A stretch of DNA of 64,000 nucleotides from an uncultured Thermoplasmata archaeon (GCA_963719945.1 CAVRDX010000004.1:224001-288000), one strand, 5' to 3'; counted from the first letter of the stretch, positions 42,234 through 52,664 are shown. The notes: generated from the letters alone by a model not told the origin. Numbers and translations: made by a program.

Positions 42234-43523
42234 ATGACCTATTCTGGCCTCATCGGAAAGCTCCTGGAGGCTACAGGAACTTCCGTCGGCGATGTGATAT
42301 CCGTCACCCGTGGCAAGGAGAAGATTACGGGCGTTCTGATGCCGCACCACGAGTTCAGTTCGGAATCGGTCATCACGCTAAAGTTGTCGAACGGTTACAA
42401 CATCGGCGTCCGTATCGACAGCAATTCGCGCATCGAACTGGTTTCAAAGAAGGCTGCCAAGATATCGGTGAGTCGATCGATGCCAGCGAAGGATTCAAAG
42501 AAGGATGTCGCAGTCATAAGCACTGGCGGGACGATCGCATCATATGTCGACTATAGGACCGGCGCGGTCCATCCAGCGAAGTCTGCGGAGGAGCTGGTCT
42601 ATTCTGTGCCTGAGCTGATGGACCTGTGCAATATCCGTGCGAAGGTTCTATACTCGATTCTAAGCGAGAACATGACCGTGAAGCATTGGCAAGGCTTGGC
42701 GAACGCGGTCGCGGACGAACTCAACGCGGGAGCAACGGGCGTCATAGTGCCCCACGGCACGGATACGATGGGGTTCACTTCAGCAGCTCTTTCGTTCATG
42801 CTCAGGAACCTCTCCGGACCTGTGGTCTGCGTGGGTTCCCAGCGCTCATCTGACCGCCCCTCATCGGACGCTAGGATGAACCTGCTTGCAGCCACTCGCC
42901 TATGCGTCGACTCGGACCTGGGCGAGGTCGTCGTGGTAATGCATGGCGAATCCTCCGATTCTTATTGTCATGTCCATCGAGGCACCAAAGTCCGCAAGAT
43001 GCATTCGTCCAGAAGAGATGCCTTCAGGAGCATCAACATCGACCCGATCGCGAAGATCGAAGGGCCAGAGATGAGTTTCATGGGGAAGTATTCCAAACGC
43101 TCATCTGGCCCGGTAGAGGTGCGGGACAAGATGGACCGGAAGGTCAGCCTCCTGTACTTCTATCCCGGTTTCGAGGGAGAGCATTTCGACCTCATCGCGA
43201 GCCATGTGAAAGGCGTGGTCGTGGCTGGCACGGGACTCGGCCATGTGTCCGAGGAGATCACGAAGTCTATCAAGACGGCCGTGGACAATGGGGTCCACGT
43301 GGTCGTGACGAGCCAATGCCTGTCCGGCACAACCAATCTCAATGTCTATTCGACTGGGAGGGACATGGTCGCTGCTGGCGCCCTGCCTGTCGGTGACATG
43401 CTGCCGGAGACGGCGTACGTTAAACTCATGTGGGCACTTGGCCAGGCCAAGGACCATGCGGAAGTCAACAAGCTCATGCTGACCAACATATCCGGAGAGA
43501 TATGCTCGCGGAGGGAGGTCTGA
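42234..43523 (+). CDS. gatD: Glu-tRNA(Gln) amidotransferase subunit D
   Basis: KLSNGYNIG, TGGTIAS, HGTDT, SQRSSDRPSSD. ATG 42234 sits just downstream of a TTTAAG box. Confidence 0.97.
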   Translation: MTYSGLIGKLLEATGTSVGDVISVTRGKEKITGVLMPHHEFSSESVITLKLSNGYNIGVRIDSNSRIELVSKKAAKISVSRSMPAKDSKKDVAVISTGGTIASYVDYRTGAVHPAKSAEELVYSVPELMDLCNIRAKVLYSILSENMTVKHWQGLANAVADELNAGATGVIVPHGTDTMGFTSAALSFMLRNLSGPVVCVGSQRSSDRPSSDARMNLLAATRLCVDSDLGEVVVVMHGESSDSYCHVHRGTKVRKMHSSRRDAFRSINIDPIAKIEGPEMSFMGKYSKRSSGPVEVRDKMDRKVSLLYFYPGFEGEHFDLIASHVKGVVVAGTGLGHVSEEITKSIKTAVDNGVHVVVTSQCLSGTTNLNVYSTGRDMVAAGALPVGDMLPETAYVKLMWALGQAKDHAEVNKLMLTNISGEICSRREV

Positions 43524-43524
43524 C

Positions 43525-45399
43525 ATGGACTACAAGAACCTCGGTCTCAGGGTGGGCATCGAGATACACCAACAGCTGAGCACGGGTAAGCTGTTCTGTA
43601 ATTGCGATTCGGAGCTCGTAGACGAGCATCACAAGGAATTCGTGAGGAACCTTCGGCCCACGCAGAGCGAGCTGGGCGAGATAGACAAGGCTGCGCTCGA
43701 AGAGGCCGAGAGGAAGCTCCAGTTCAGGTATCAGACTGTCCCGTGCTCGTGCCTGGTAGAGGCGGACGAGGAGCCGCCGCACGACGCCAACAGGTTGGCG
43801 ATCGAGGCGTCCTTGGAGATGGCTCTGCTCCTGGGGACGATACCGGCGGACGAGATACACTTCATGCGGAAGATCGTGATCGATGGATCCAACACGGGAG
43901 GGTTCCAGCGAACCGCGCTCATAGCCACGAAGGGGAGCTTGGAGCTCCATGGTAAACGGTTCGGCATGTCCTCGATATGTCTCGAGGAGGACGCTGCGAG
44001 GAAGATGACCGAGCACGCGTCCGAGGTCACATACAGGTTGGACCGGCTCGGGATACCGCTGATAGAGATCGCGACGGATCCTGACATGTCGACACCTGAG
44101 GAGGCCAGGGCCGTTGCAGCCAGGTTGGGCGCGCTGTTGAGAGCTACCAAGAAGGTCAGGCGCGGCATCGGCACGATCCGCGAGGACCTCAACATATCCA
44201 TCGCTGGCGGAGCGAGGGTGGAAATCAAAGGCGCACAGGACCTGCGCCTGATACCAGTATATGTCGAGGAGGAGGTCAAGAGACAGCTCGCACTCCTGGA
44301 TGTGAAGGATGTCCTGAGAAAACGAGGTGCGAAACCCGTAACCGCCGATATCAAGGACCTGTCCGGACTCTTGAGGGGCACAAGCTGCAAGGTGCTACGG
44401 TCTGCTCTGGATTCAGGCGGCAGGGTGCTTGGCATCAGACTTCAGAAATTCGCAGGCACCCTGGGACGAACGGATGCAGGTGTCAAACGGCTGGGCGCCG
44501 AGATTGCCGCACACGCTCGTGTGGCCGGAGTCAAAGGGCTGTTCCATTCGGATGAGCTTCCAGGATATGGCATAAGCCGGTCGGAGGTCGAGGATATCGG
44601 CACGATGTTGTCTGCGGAGGCTGAGGATGCATTCGTGCTCGTGGCTGATTCCGAGGAGAGATCGAGGGCCGCCCTCATCCGCGCGGTGGACCGCGCAAAC
44701 GTCGGCATATCCGGAGTTCCTGAGGAGACCAGGGACCCGCTTCCGGATGGTCAGTCCGTGTACAGCAGACCGCTCCCGGGAAAGGATAGGATGTACCCCG
44801 AGACGGATGTGAAACCTATCCTGATCTGCGAGAAGGTGCTGAAGTGCATCGAACTCAACCTCCCCGAGTTGCCTGAGGAGAAGATCTCAAGGTTGGCGAA
44901 GGTGTATTCCATCAACAAGGAGCAGGTCGAAGCGCTGATCAACAACGCCAACGATGACGAGTTCGAGCTGCTCGCCGGTAGCATGGGAAACGCCCCAGTG
45001 GTCGCGAGGATATACCTCAACATATTCCCTGAGCTAGAGAAGGCCGGTCTGGATCCGAGCAACGTGAAGGTGGAGATAGTCCGTGAGCTGCTCTCCGCCC
45101 TCGATAAGGGGTCCTTCGCGAAGGAGGCGATTCCGGACATACTGCTCTGGATGCTCAAGAACAATGTCTGGGACGTCGAGAAGGCATCCGAGTCGCTCGG
45201 AGTGTCATCCGTCGAACTGTCCGATGTGCGCTCGATCTGCGAGCGAGTGGTGAAGGAGCGCGAGACTTTCATAAAGGAGCGGGGCAAGAGTGCCCTGGGG
45301 CCGATAATGGGTATCGTTATGAAGGAACTCCGCGGAAGAGTTGACGGAAAGGTCATCAGTGAGATTTTGAACGAGAAGATAGAACAGCTCCTGAGTTGA
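43525..45399 (+). CDS. gatE: Glu-tRNA(Gln) amidotransferase subunit E
   Basis: GIEIHQQL, RKIVIDGSNTGGFQRT, RPLPGKDRMYPETD. Confidence 0.97.
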   Translation: MDYKNLGLRVGIEIHQQLSTGKLFCNCDSELVDEHHKEFVRNLRPTQSELGEIDKAALEEAERKLQFRYQTVPCSCLVEADEEPPHDANRLAIEASLEMALLLGTIPADEIHFMRKIVIDGSNTGGFQRTALIATKGSLELHGKRFGMSSICLEEDAARKMTEHASEVTYRLDRLGIPLIEIATDPDMSTPEEARAVAARLGALLRATKKVRRGIGTIREDLNISIAGGARVEIKGAQDLRLIPVYVEEEVKRQLALLDVKDVLRKRGAKPVTADIKDLSGLLRGTSCKVLRSALDSGGRVLGIRLQKFAGTLGRTDAGVKRLGAEIAAHARVAGVKGLFHSDELPGYGISRSEVEDIGTMLSAEAEDAFVLVADSEERSRAALIRAVDRANVGISGVPEETRDPLPDGQSVYSRPLPGKDRMYPETDVKPILICEKVLKCIELNLPELPEEKISRLAKVYSINKEQVEALINNANDDEFELLAGSMGNAPVVARIYLNIFPELEKAGLDPSNVKVEIVRELLSALDKGSFAKEAIPDILLWMLKNNVWDVEKASESLGVSSVELSDVRSICERVVKERETFIKERGKSALGPIMGIVMKELRGRVDGKVISEILNEKIEQLLS

Positions 45400-45574
45400 A
45401 GTCCTTCTTCGCGAGCACCGTGAGGAAGTCCTTGCAGTACTCGATTGCTGCCCCAGAGTTTTTCTCTTGGCAGGTCAGGAAGCTCTTGCAGAGCTCGTCG
45501 AGGTCTTCCTGGTTGTTGTACTTCCTCTTCTTCTCAACGGTCACGGGAACCCTCTCCTGAAGGGATTCTCCCAA
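45356..45574 (-). CDS. Small hypothetical protein (72 aa)
   Basis: Coding-like codon usage; GAGAAG-TATTATT promoter-like element just upstream of the TTG. Confidence 0.5.
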   Translation of the reverse strand: MGESLQERVPVTVEKKRKYNNQEDLDELCKSFLTCQEKNSGAAIEYCKDFLTVLAKKDFNSGAVLSSRSKSH

Positions 45575-45611
45575 TCGGGGCTGTGCCTAATAATACTTCT
45601 CGCTTACATTC

Positions 45612-46217
45612 TCAAGGACTGCCAATCTTCCGAACCAGTCTGTACGCGAATATCGACTCGAAGAACATGTGCTTCTCCTCGATCATCACAGTCTCGTACT
45701 GCTCCCTAGCTGCCCTGAGAATGCTCCTCAAGCCTCCAAGAGATGAGAGGATCATGAATATCTCCCCTTTCGGTGAGAGATGTCTCCACGCGTCGCCTAG
45801 GAACCCGATGATGACGTCCGACCCGTCCCCCCCTCCTGCCCAGGCCTTCTCCATCCAGCTGGGTGGTCCATCCTCGTCCGGGAGATAGGGTGGGTTGAAC
45901 ACGATCACGTCGAACAGTCCCGGGACCTTCTCGAAAAGGTCACTCTCGACCACATCCATCTTCAAGTCGTTCCGCAACGCGTTCGACCGCGCACACTGGA
46001 CCGCATTCGGGTTGATGTCGACAGCGGTCACCAAGGCCCCGGATTTTGCTGCATGGAGCGCCACTATCCCGCTGCCTGTGCCCATGTCTAGGAGCCTCTT
46101 GTTCGGAGAAATCTCAGTGACCTCCAGTATCAGGTAGGAATCATCACTGGGGTTGTACACTTCTGCGGCGACCTGTATGTCTATCGAATGATCGAGCTTC
46201 ACATGGTCGGTATGCAC
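45612..46217 (-). CDS. HemK2/PrmC-type protein methyltransferase
   Basis: VYNPSDDS, LDMGTGSG, FNPPYLP. Confidence 0.92.
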   Translation of the reverse strand: MHTDHVKLDHSIDIQVAAEVYNPSDDSYLILEVTEISPNKRLLDMGTGSGIVALHAAKSGALVTAVDINPNAVQCARSNALRNDLKMDVVESDLFEKVPGLFDVIVFNPPYLPDEDGPPSWMEKAWAGGGDGSDVIIGFLGDAWRHLSPKGEIFMILSSLGGLRSILRAAREQYETVMIEEKHMFFESIFAYRLVRKIGSP

Positions 46218-46275
46218 GCCTCCACGATTAAGACTTTACCGAAAGAGGGCATTCTCCCCATCCGGAAGCAGAACA

Positions 46276-47151
46276 ATGGAAGTATACGCCTTCGTCATAG
46301 TGGCTGCAATCATCGCTGCTATCGCCTACTCCTATCTGAAGCAGTTCAGTTTCTCCCTGGTCGCCAGCGCAACCTGCGGTGCAGTGTTCCTGTTCATGCT
46401 TATCGAGGCGGGAAGCTCGAGCCTGATACACTCACAGGCAATCTCAGAGCTCGGCCTCAAACAAAGGGACATAATCGACCCAGAGAGGTTCTACACGGTG
46501 CTCACATCTATGTTCACCCACGCCAGCTTCTTCCATGTATTCATGAACGTGCTCGCCCTGGCATTCCTCGGCATGATCCTGGAACAGCGTATCGGGACTC
46601 GTCAATACATCCTGATATTCTTGTTCGCTGGGGTGTGCGGGACACTCTCATTTGTAGCATTCAGGTGGAACGAGCCAGCAATCCTGGTCGTGGGGGCTTC
46701 CGGGGCGATAAGTGGCATATTAGGCGCGTTGCTCAGACTGTATCCACAGGAACGCATGACTCTGATGTTCTTCCCCGGGATGCCTTTGCCGCTCTGGACA
46801 ATAGTCTTCGGATTCCTGCTTCTTCAGCTTGTTATGCTGGTCGGCGATTACGGAGTCGCGGTGGAATCTCATCTGGGCGGTTTGGTCGCCGGAATGTTCG
46901 CAGCACCTTATTTCGCGAAGGCGCAGATCCGTGGCAGGGAGAAGAGGACAATCCCCGTCTCAGCATTGAGGAAACTAGCCACCACACCGGAGTTAAGAGC
47001 CATGCTGGCTAGGATAGAGGATGAGGAGATCTTTGATGTCAGGAGCGCATGGATCGAGAAGTACATCTCCGTCGCCAAGTGTCCTGTGTGCGGGGCTCCT
47101 CTGAAGTCCCGGAAGGCTGGTCTGTTCTGTGATCGAGGGCACATCCTATGA
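46276..47151 (+). CDS. Rhomboid intramembrane serine protease with C-terminal Zn-ribbon
   Basis: HASFFHVFMN, GASG, SHLGG; C-terminal CPVC...CDRGH. Confidence 0.92.
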   Translation: MEVYAFVIVAAIIAAIAYSYLKQFSFSLVASATCGAVFLFMLIEAGSSSLIHSQAISELGLKQRDIIDPERFYTVLTSMFTHASFFHVFMNVLALAFLGMILEQRIGTRQYILIFLFAGVCGTLSFVAFRWNEPAILVVGASGAISGILGALLRLYPQERMTLMFFPGMPLPLWTIVFGFLLLQLVMLVGDYGVAVESHLGGLVAGMFAAPYFAKAQIRGREKRTIPVSALRKLATTPELRAMLARIEDEEIFDVRSAWIEKYISVAKCPVCGAPLKSRKAGLFCDRGHIL

Positions 47152-47741
47152 CCGAGCGGACTTCCCATCCGATCGTAAGGGTTCTCCACCATGGATGGAT
47201 CATCAGGGATGGTCCTAGAGTCGTGGATGCCTCTTCATCCGTCACCCTCATCGAGGAGGATGACCGCTGTTTCCTGGTCGATACGGGAGCGTCCACGGAC
47301 TCGCGCGCGCTCATACGCGCGCTTTTAGAGAACGGCCTTTGCCCTGAGGATATAAACGATGTGGTGAACACTCATCTGCACACCGACCATTGTGGCTGCA
47401 ACGACCTGTTCACCAACGCCCGGTTCCATGCGCACGAATCCGAGTCTCCTCCTATGGGAACCATTCGATTGACCGGGGATGTCGATCTCTCCCCCCATAT
47501 CCGCGTGGTCCATACACCGGGTCATACGAGGGGGTGCGTGTCCGTCTTCGTGGAATCGGATACAAGGTATGCGATATGCGGAGACGCCCTTCCCACGGAG
47601 GCCAATTATCTGTCATGGGGGCCTCCAGGGATACATTTCGACCGCTCCCTCGCCTTGGCGAGCATGGGGCTCATCGTCGGCTGGGCCAAAACCGTGGTCC
47701 CGGGTCACGACAAGCCCTTTAGAGTCATGGGAAAGAAGTAA
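47148..47741 (+). CDS. MBL-fold metallo-hydrolase
   Basis: THLHTDHCG, TPGHT, GD, PGH. Confidence 0.9.
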   Translation: MTERTSHPIVRVLHHGWIIRDGPRVVDASSSVTLIEEDDRCFLVDTGASTDSRALIRALLENGLCPEDINDVVNTHLHTDHCGCNDLFTNARFHAHESESPPMGTIRLTGDVDLSPHIRVVHTPGHTRGCVSVFVESDTRYAICGDALPTEANYLSWGPPGIHFDRSLALASMGLIVGWAKTVVPGHDKPFRVMGKK

Positions 47742-47766
47742 GACCAAGGACCGCAATGGACTCGTG

Positions 47767-48420
47767 ATGAAAGCAGTACCTGCGTCCATATCCGCCGAAT
47801 GTCCTATATGTCGGGAGGAGACCCTTCACGAGATACTCACGGGCAAGGTGGCAGGCAAGTCCAAAGCGGTCTTGGACTGTACCGCCAAATGTCGTCAGTG
47901 CGGACAGGTTCATCATGTCGTCTTGAGCGAGGACAAGCCGGTCGAGATACCGGTCATCGTCAGCTGGCTCGAGTCTTCCAAGAAGACCTCGGTGGTTTTC
48001 GGTCCGGACGAGATGATATTCGTGGATGATGAGATCATGTGTGCGGAGATTCCAGCGCTCATAACATCCATCGAGTCCAAGGGCGCCCGCGTGAAACGAT
48101 GCAAGGCCAAGAACATCGATACGATCTGGGCCAAGAAGTTCGACAAGATCCGCGTACCATTTTCCATCAATCATCAGGGCAAGAGCCGCTCCGATCATGT
48201 CATGGCGCTCCCGGACGAGGAGTTCTACATCGGTGACATGCTCGAGATCAGCAAGAGGCAGGTCGTCATCCACTCTATAAAGATCGAACAGAGGGTCCTC
48301 AGACGCGGCTCGGCGCTGGCCAGGGACATAGTCAGGGTCTACGGCAACATAGTCAGGAGGACGGATCAGAACATGCCGCGTCCTCCACGCCCTACGCGCC
48401 CTCCAAGGTTTAAATCGTAA
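47767..48420 (+). CDS. Archaeal Zn-finger protein (HVO_0476-like)
   Basis: CPIC...HEIL...CRQCGQVH followed by two beta-rich repeats (ITSIE / IHSIK). Confidence 0.8.
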   Translation: MKAVPASISAECPICREETLHEILTGKVAGKSKAVLDCTAKCRQCGQVHHVVLSEDKPVEIPVIVSWLESSKKTSVVFGPDEMIFVDDEIMCAEIPALITSIESKGARVKRCKAKNIDTIWAKKFDKIRVPFSINHQGKSRSDHVMALPDEEFYIGDMLEISKRQVVIHSIKIEQRVLRRGSALARDIVRVYGNIVRRTDQNMPRPPRPTRPPRFKS

Positions 48421-48440
48421 TAGCCCCCTCTTATCGTACG

Positions 48441-49103
48441 ATGGACTTCGAAAGGGCTAGAACGGAGCTCGTGGCGCATCTGAGGCGGAGCCGCTTCCTC
48501 AAGGATGATCGGGTAGCGGATGCGATGCTGAAGGTGCCTAGGGAGGAGTTCGTCCCGAGCTCGATGCGGGAAGAAGCGTACACTGACTCCCCGCTCCCGA
48601 TCGGTTCCGGGCAGACTATATCCGCCCCTCACATGGTCGCCATGATGGCGGAAGCATCGCAGCTCAAGAGTGGGCAGAAAGTGCTCGAGATAGGCGCCGG
48701 GTCTGGATATCACGCGGCTGTGGTAGCTGAGCTTGTCCGACCAGGTGGGAAGGTGTTCACGGTCGAGCGGATATCGTCTCTGGCGAGATTCGCGGATGAC
48801 AACATAAATCGCACTGGATATGGCGATACCGTGCGGATAATCTGCGGCGACGGCTCAAACGGTCTTCCGGAGGAGGCACCTTTCGACAGGATATTCGTCG
48901 CGTGCGCCGCGCCTGATATACCTGGGCCGTTGAAGGCTCAGCTGACCGATGGCGGGAGATTGTTGGTGCCTGTCGGAGGTCGATATTTCCAGAACCTGAT
49001 GCTTGTGGAACGTAAAGGTTCGAAGTTCAATCAGGAGGATCTCGGAGGTTGCGTGTTCGTTCCGCTCATAGGTGACCACGGCTATCGAACATCGTTTATG
49101 TGA
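48441..49103 (+). CDS. pcm: Protein-L-isoaspartate O-methyltransferase
   Basis: GQTISAPHM, LEIGAGSGY, APFDRI, FVPLIG. Confidence 0.96.
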   Translation: MDFERARTELVAHLRRSRFLKDDRVADAMLKVPREEFVPSSMREEAYTDSPLPIGSGQTISAPHMVAMMAEASQLKSGQKVLEIGAGSGYHAAVVAELVRPGGKVFTVERISSLARFADDNINRTGYGDTVRIICGDGSNGLPEEAPFDRIFVACAAPDIPGPLKAQLTDGGRLLVPVGGRYFQNLMLVERKGSKFNQEDLGGCVFVPLIGDHGYRTSFM

Positions 49104-49729
49104 TCCAGTATTCTGCTGAGGTCCCGTCCCTCTACCACGATATCCGCCCGCGCCCTCACATCTTCATCCTCCGGAGAGAACGCGATGCCTATCGAAGAAG
49201 CCTCGAACATCGTGACATCGTACCGGGAGTTGCCCACGCTCACGATGTCCTTCTGTTCTATCCCGAGGCGACGGGCGGTTTCGGTGACAGTGTTGCCTTT
49301 GTCCATCAGCCTCACTCGCAAGATGCCTTCACCGGACAAGCGGTCCTGGGCATCCGTCTCGAGGCCGTTTGCGAATTGCATGTCCATGCCTAGCTGCTGG
49401 CATATGCGTTCGGAAAGCAGGTCGATGCCGGCCGATACTATGATGGTTATATGACCCGCCTCCTTCAGGAGCGAGACCGTCTTTTCGGCTCCATTCATCA
49501 GGGGCGCATCATCGAGCATCTTCCTGATGGCCTCTCGCGTGATCCCTGGGTCCTTCTCACGCCACAGCTCGATGTCCCTTCGGATGAACTCGCGGTCGTC
49601 TATCTCACCTCTGAGATACGCGTAGAGTGAATGGTTGTTGTTCACGCCGAACTTGCGGTGGACGAAGACCCAAGAGCTGTCGACATCGGCGAGCACACCG
49701 TCCATGTCGAACACTACCAGCTTTGTCAC
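49082..49729 (-). CDS. HAD-IB family phosphatase (SerB-like)
   Basis: FDMDGVL motif I, IVSAG, GNSRYD motif IV. Confidence 0.88.
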   Translation of the reverse strand: MTKLVVFDMDGVLADVDSSWVFVHRKFGVNNNHSLYAYLRGEIDDREFIRRDIELWREKDPGITREAIRKMLDDAPLMNGAEKTVSLLKEAGHITIIVSAGIDLLSERICQQLGMDMQFANGLETDAQDRLSGEGILRVRLMDKGNTVTETARRLGIEQKDIVSVGNSRYDVTMFEASSIGIAFSPEDEDVRARADIVVEGRDLSRILDHINDVR

Positions 49730-49783
49730 AGCCAGCCAATGGAACGAAGGTTTATTAAAAGCATCTTCCGATGGAGACCGTCG

Positions 49784-50488
49784 ATGATAACGCTGGTCGG
49801 AGTCGGGCACGTGTTTGCCATATCAGACAATCTGAAGGATATCATTCGCTCGAAGAACCCCGAAGTGGTGTGCCTGGAACTCGATGCAGCGCGGTTCAAT
49901 TCGTTGATGAGCAAGAACCAGAGCAAGAAGGTCCCGCTGCAGTACATGGTGCTTGCCAGCATCCAGCGCCGCATGGCCAACAAATTCGGGTCCGAGGTCG
50001 GCGACGAGATGTTGGCGGCCTTTGGCGCCGCCCGGGAGATCGGTGCAAAGGTGGCGTTGATCGACATGGAGGCCTCGATGGTCTTCAACAAGATGTGGCG
50101 CGCGATGTCTCTGAAGGAGAAGGTCAACTTGTTCATTGGGGCGCTCATAGGTCTGGTGGCCTCCAAAGAGAAGGTCGAGCACGAGCTGGATGCGTATGCG
50201 GGTAACGAGGCGAAGTACCTGGACACGTTGGGGGAGCAGTTCCCGTCCATCAAGAGGGTGCTCCTGGACGACAGAAACGTCTACATGGCGGAGCGCCTAG
50301 TATCGTTGGCGACCAAGCATCAGAATATACTGGCAATCGTCGGAGATGGCCACATCTCAGGCCTGACCGCTGCTTTGGCCGGCCAAGAGGTAGAGACCAT
50401 CAGACTGAAGGATGTGCGGGATGGGTCTGCAATACCCGAGGGCTCGTCCACTGATTATTCAATCAGCTACCGGTACGACATCCAGTGA
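49784..50488 (+). CDS. TraB/GumN-family protein
   Basis: LVGVGHV, CLELDAAR, GDEM, LLDDRNVYMA, IVGDGH. Confidence 0.88.
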   Translation: MITLVGVGHVFAISDNLKDIIRSKNPEVVCLELDAARFNSLMSKNQSKKVPLQYMVLASIQRRMANKFGSEVGDEMLAAFGAAREIGAKVALIDMEASMVFNKMWRAMSLKEKVNLFIGALIGLVASKEKVEHELDAYAGNEAKYLDTLGEQFPSIKRVLLDDRNVYMAERLVSLATKHQNILAIVGDGHISGLTAALAGQEVETIRLKDVRDGSAIPEGSSTDYSISYRYDIQ

Positions 50489-50590
50489 TCCGCCGCGCGG
50501 TCCATCTTCGCCGTCAGTCATATCCGGCATCCCTCGTGAAAAGCATTTAGGTAGGTAAGTGGTTTAGCGGGACGCTCAGCGGGGATATCC

Positions 50591-51307
50591 TTGAATGTGA
50601 GATTGCTGAACTACACCAAGAACCCGGACAAGGTATGTGCGGCAGCGGCACAATCGTGCTACTCTGAGAAGGGTGCTGGTGAACTGTTCGATACTACGGC
50701 CGATGAGCGTGCCGAGAAGATGATCACGAAGGTCGTCGGTATGGGACATCTATCGGTCGTGGAGCACGCCTATTTCACATTCAGCATCGAGGGTGTATCC
50801 AGATCCCTCACGCACCAGCTCGTCAGGCACAGGATCGCCTCCTATTCTCAGCAGAGCCAGAGATATGTCGGCATGGCCAAGGCCGAATATGTGCTCCCTC
50901 CGTCGGTAGCGGGCGATGATGATGCGAGGAGGAAGTACACGCAGGCGATGGACGCGGCCTGGAAGGCCTATCGTGAACTCGCCGAGATCGTGCCCAAGGA
51001 AGATGCCCGATACGTGCTCCCGAACGCATGCCACACGAACATAACGGTCACCATGAACGCGCGCGAGCTCTGGCACCTGTTCAGGCTCCGATGCTGCCGG
51101 AGGGCACAATGGGAGATACGCATGATGGCCTGGAAGATGCTGGAAGAGGCGAAGAAGGTCGCTCCCATACTCTTCGAGAACGCAGGACCTGGCTGCTTTG
51201 CTGGACCATGCCCTGAGGGGGAGTATTCGTGCGGAAAACCCTACAGGCGCGGTCAGATGCCCTCGGACGAGGAATTGCTGGTCGAGAGCGCCAAACCAAG
51301 TGGTTGA
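50591..51307 (+). CDS. thyX: FAD-dependent thymidylate synthase
   Basis: HQLVRHRIASYSQQSQRY signature; EDARYVLPNA; AQWEIR. Confidence 0.97.
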   Translation: MNVRLLNYTKNPDKVCAAAAQSCYSEKGAGELFDTTADERAEKMITKVVGMGHLSVVEHAYFTFSIEGVSRSLTHQLVRHRIASYSQQSQRYVGMAKAEYVLPPSVAGDDDARRKYTQAMDAAWKAYRELAEIVPKEDARYVLPNACHTNITVTMNARELWHLFRLRCCRRAQWEIRMMAWKMLEEAKKVAPILFENAGPGCFAGPCPEGEYSCGKPYRRGQMPSDEELLVESAKPSG

Positions 51308-51395
51308 ATATTCTGGCTATTATCACAACGGGAAGGCCGCTGTCCGCAAACCATATATATACCCTTCTCATTCGGAGAGTTTCACGGTGAGCCTC

Positions 51396-51587
51396 ATGGG
51401 AAACATCAGGCCGACATACATCAAGAGGGTAGCAATCGAACTGGTTCAGAAGTACCCTGAGCAGTTCTCTGGTGACTACCAACACAACAAAGAGATGGTG
51501 TCAAAACTCACTGATGTACGGTCGATCTCAATGAGGAACAAGATTGCTGGGTATGTGACGCGATACCGTACCCACTACGAAGCCTGA
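51396..51587 (+). CDS. rps17e: 30S ribosomal protein S17e
   Basis: MGNIRPTYIKR...RNKIAGYVTR. Confidence 0.95.
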   Translation: MGNIRPTYIKRVAIELVQKYPEQFSGDYQHNKEMVSKLTDVRSISMRNKIAGYVTRYRTHYEA

Positions 51588-51686
51588 TATTGCGCCTATC
51601 ATCGGCGGTCCTCAAACCGGTTGATATTTTCATCTGGGCGTACCACGCCTATATAGCCATCAAATGATGTTCGAGTGTGCATAACT

Positions 51687-52664
51687 ATGCATCAATACGC
51701 GGTCGAAACACAATCACTGACACGTGTCTTCACACCAAAGAAGCGAGACGGGGAACCAGTCCACGCCCTCAACTCAGTCGATCTCAAGATAGAGACCGGA
51801 GAGCTGTTCGGCCTGCTTGGCCCGAACGGGGCCGGCAAGACCACGCTTCTCAAGATACTCTGCACACTGCTTCTGCCGACATCGGGCAAGGCATTCGTTG
51901 CGGGTCTTGACGTCGAGACTCAGTACCATGGTATACGAACGAAGATCAACATGGTCAGTGGCGGTGAGATGTCCGGGTACGGGCTACTGACGGTCAGGGA
52001 GAACCTGTGGATGTTCTCGCAGTTCTACGGCATCAAGAGCCAGGTCGCCAAGGACAAGATAGACGGCCTTTTGGAGACCTTCGGGATGACTGACAAGAGC
52101 AAAGCGAAGTTGAGGACGCTGTCCACTGGTCAGCGCCAGAAGATGAATGTGATAAGGGGCTTCGTAACCGACCCTGATATCATATTCCTTGACGAACCGA
52201 CACTTGGTCTGGACGTCAATGCCAGTCGCGTCATCAGGACATTCATCCTCGACTGGCTTAAAGACAACCCCAGCAAAACTGTCGTTCTCACGACCCATTA
52301 CATGGCAGAGGCCGACGAGCTCTGCGACAGGATCGCCATCATCGACCAGGGTGGGATACTCGCATGTGACACCCCTGAGCGGCTGAAGCGGACTGTCAGG
52401 ATGAACACGACCCTCAGCATGGATGTGACCCTGATGAAGAACAGGAAGGTCTTCGAGGGGTTGAAAGGGGTCGAGCAAGTAACGTTCATCGATGATTCAG
52501 AACGCAATCAGACGCATGTGAAATTCGTCGTTCAGGACGATTCCTGCGTCTCGGACATAGTCTCTGGCGTGCTCGATCAGGGTTCCAAGATAATCTCGCT
52601 TCAGAAGACTGAACCGACCCTCGAGGACGTGTTCATCAAGATGGTTGGTAAGGGATTCGAATGA
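51687..52664 (+). CDS. ABC exporter ATP-binding subunit (DrrA-like)
   Basis: GPNGAGKTT, LSTGQ, FLDEPT, TTHYM. Confidence 0.93.
   Translation: MHQYAVETQSLTRVFTPKKRDGEPVHALNSVDLKIETGELFGLLGPNGAGKTTLLKILCTLLLPTSGKAFVAGLDVETQYHGIRTKINMVSGGEMSGYGLLTVRENLWMFSQFYGIKSQVAKDKIDGLLETFGMTDKSKAKLRTLSTGQRQKMNVIRGFVTDPDIIFLDEPTLGLDVNASRVIRTFILDWLKDNPSKTVVLTTHYMAEADELCDRIAIIDQGGILACDTPERLKRTVRMNTTLSMDVTLMKNRKVFEGLKGVEQVTFIDDSERNQTHVKFVVQDDSCVSDIVSGVLDQGSKIISLQKTEPTLEDVFIKMVGKGFE

Noticed and set aside
47479-47766. N-terminal extensions given by the ORF track for the Zn-finger protein (likewise rpoH, rps17e, pyrF, TraB)
   Set aside because: The extensions overlap neighbouring genes or promoters; family N-termini and SD/TATA positions support the downstream starts.
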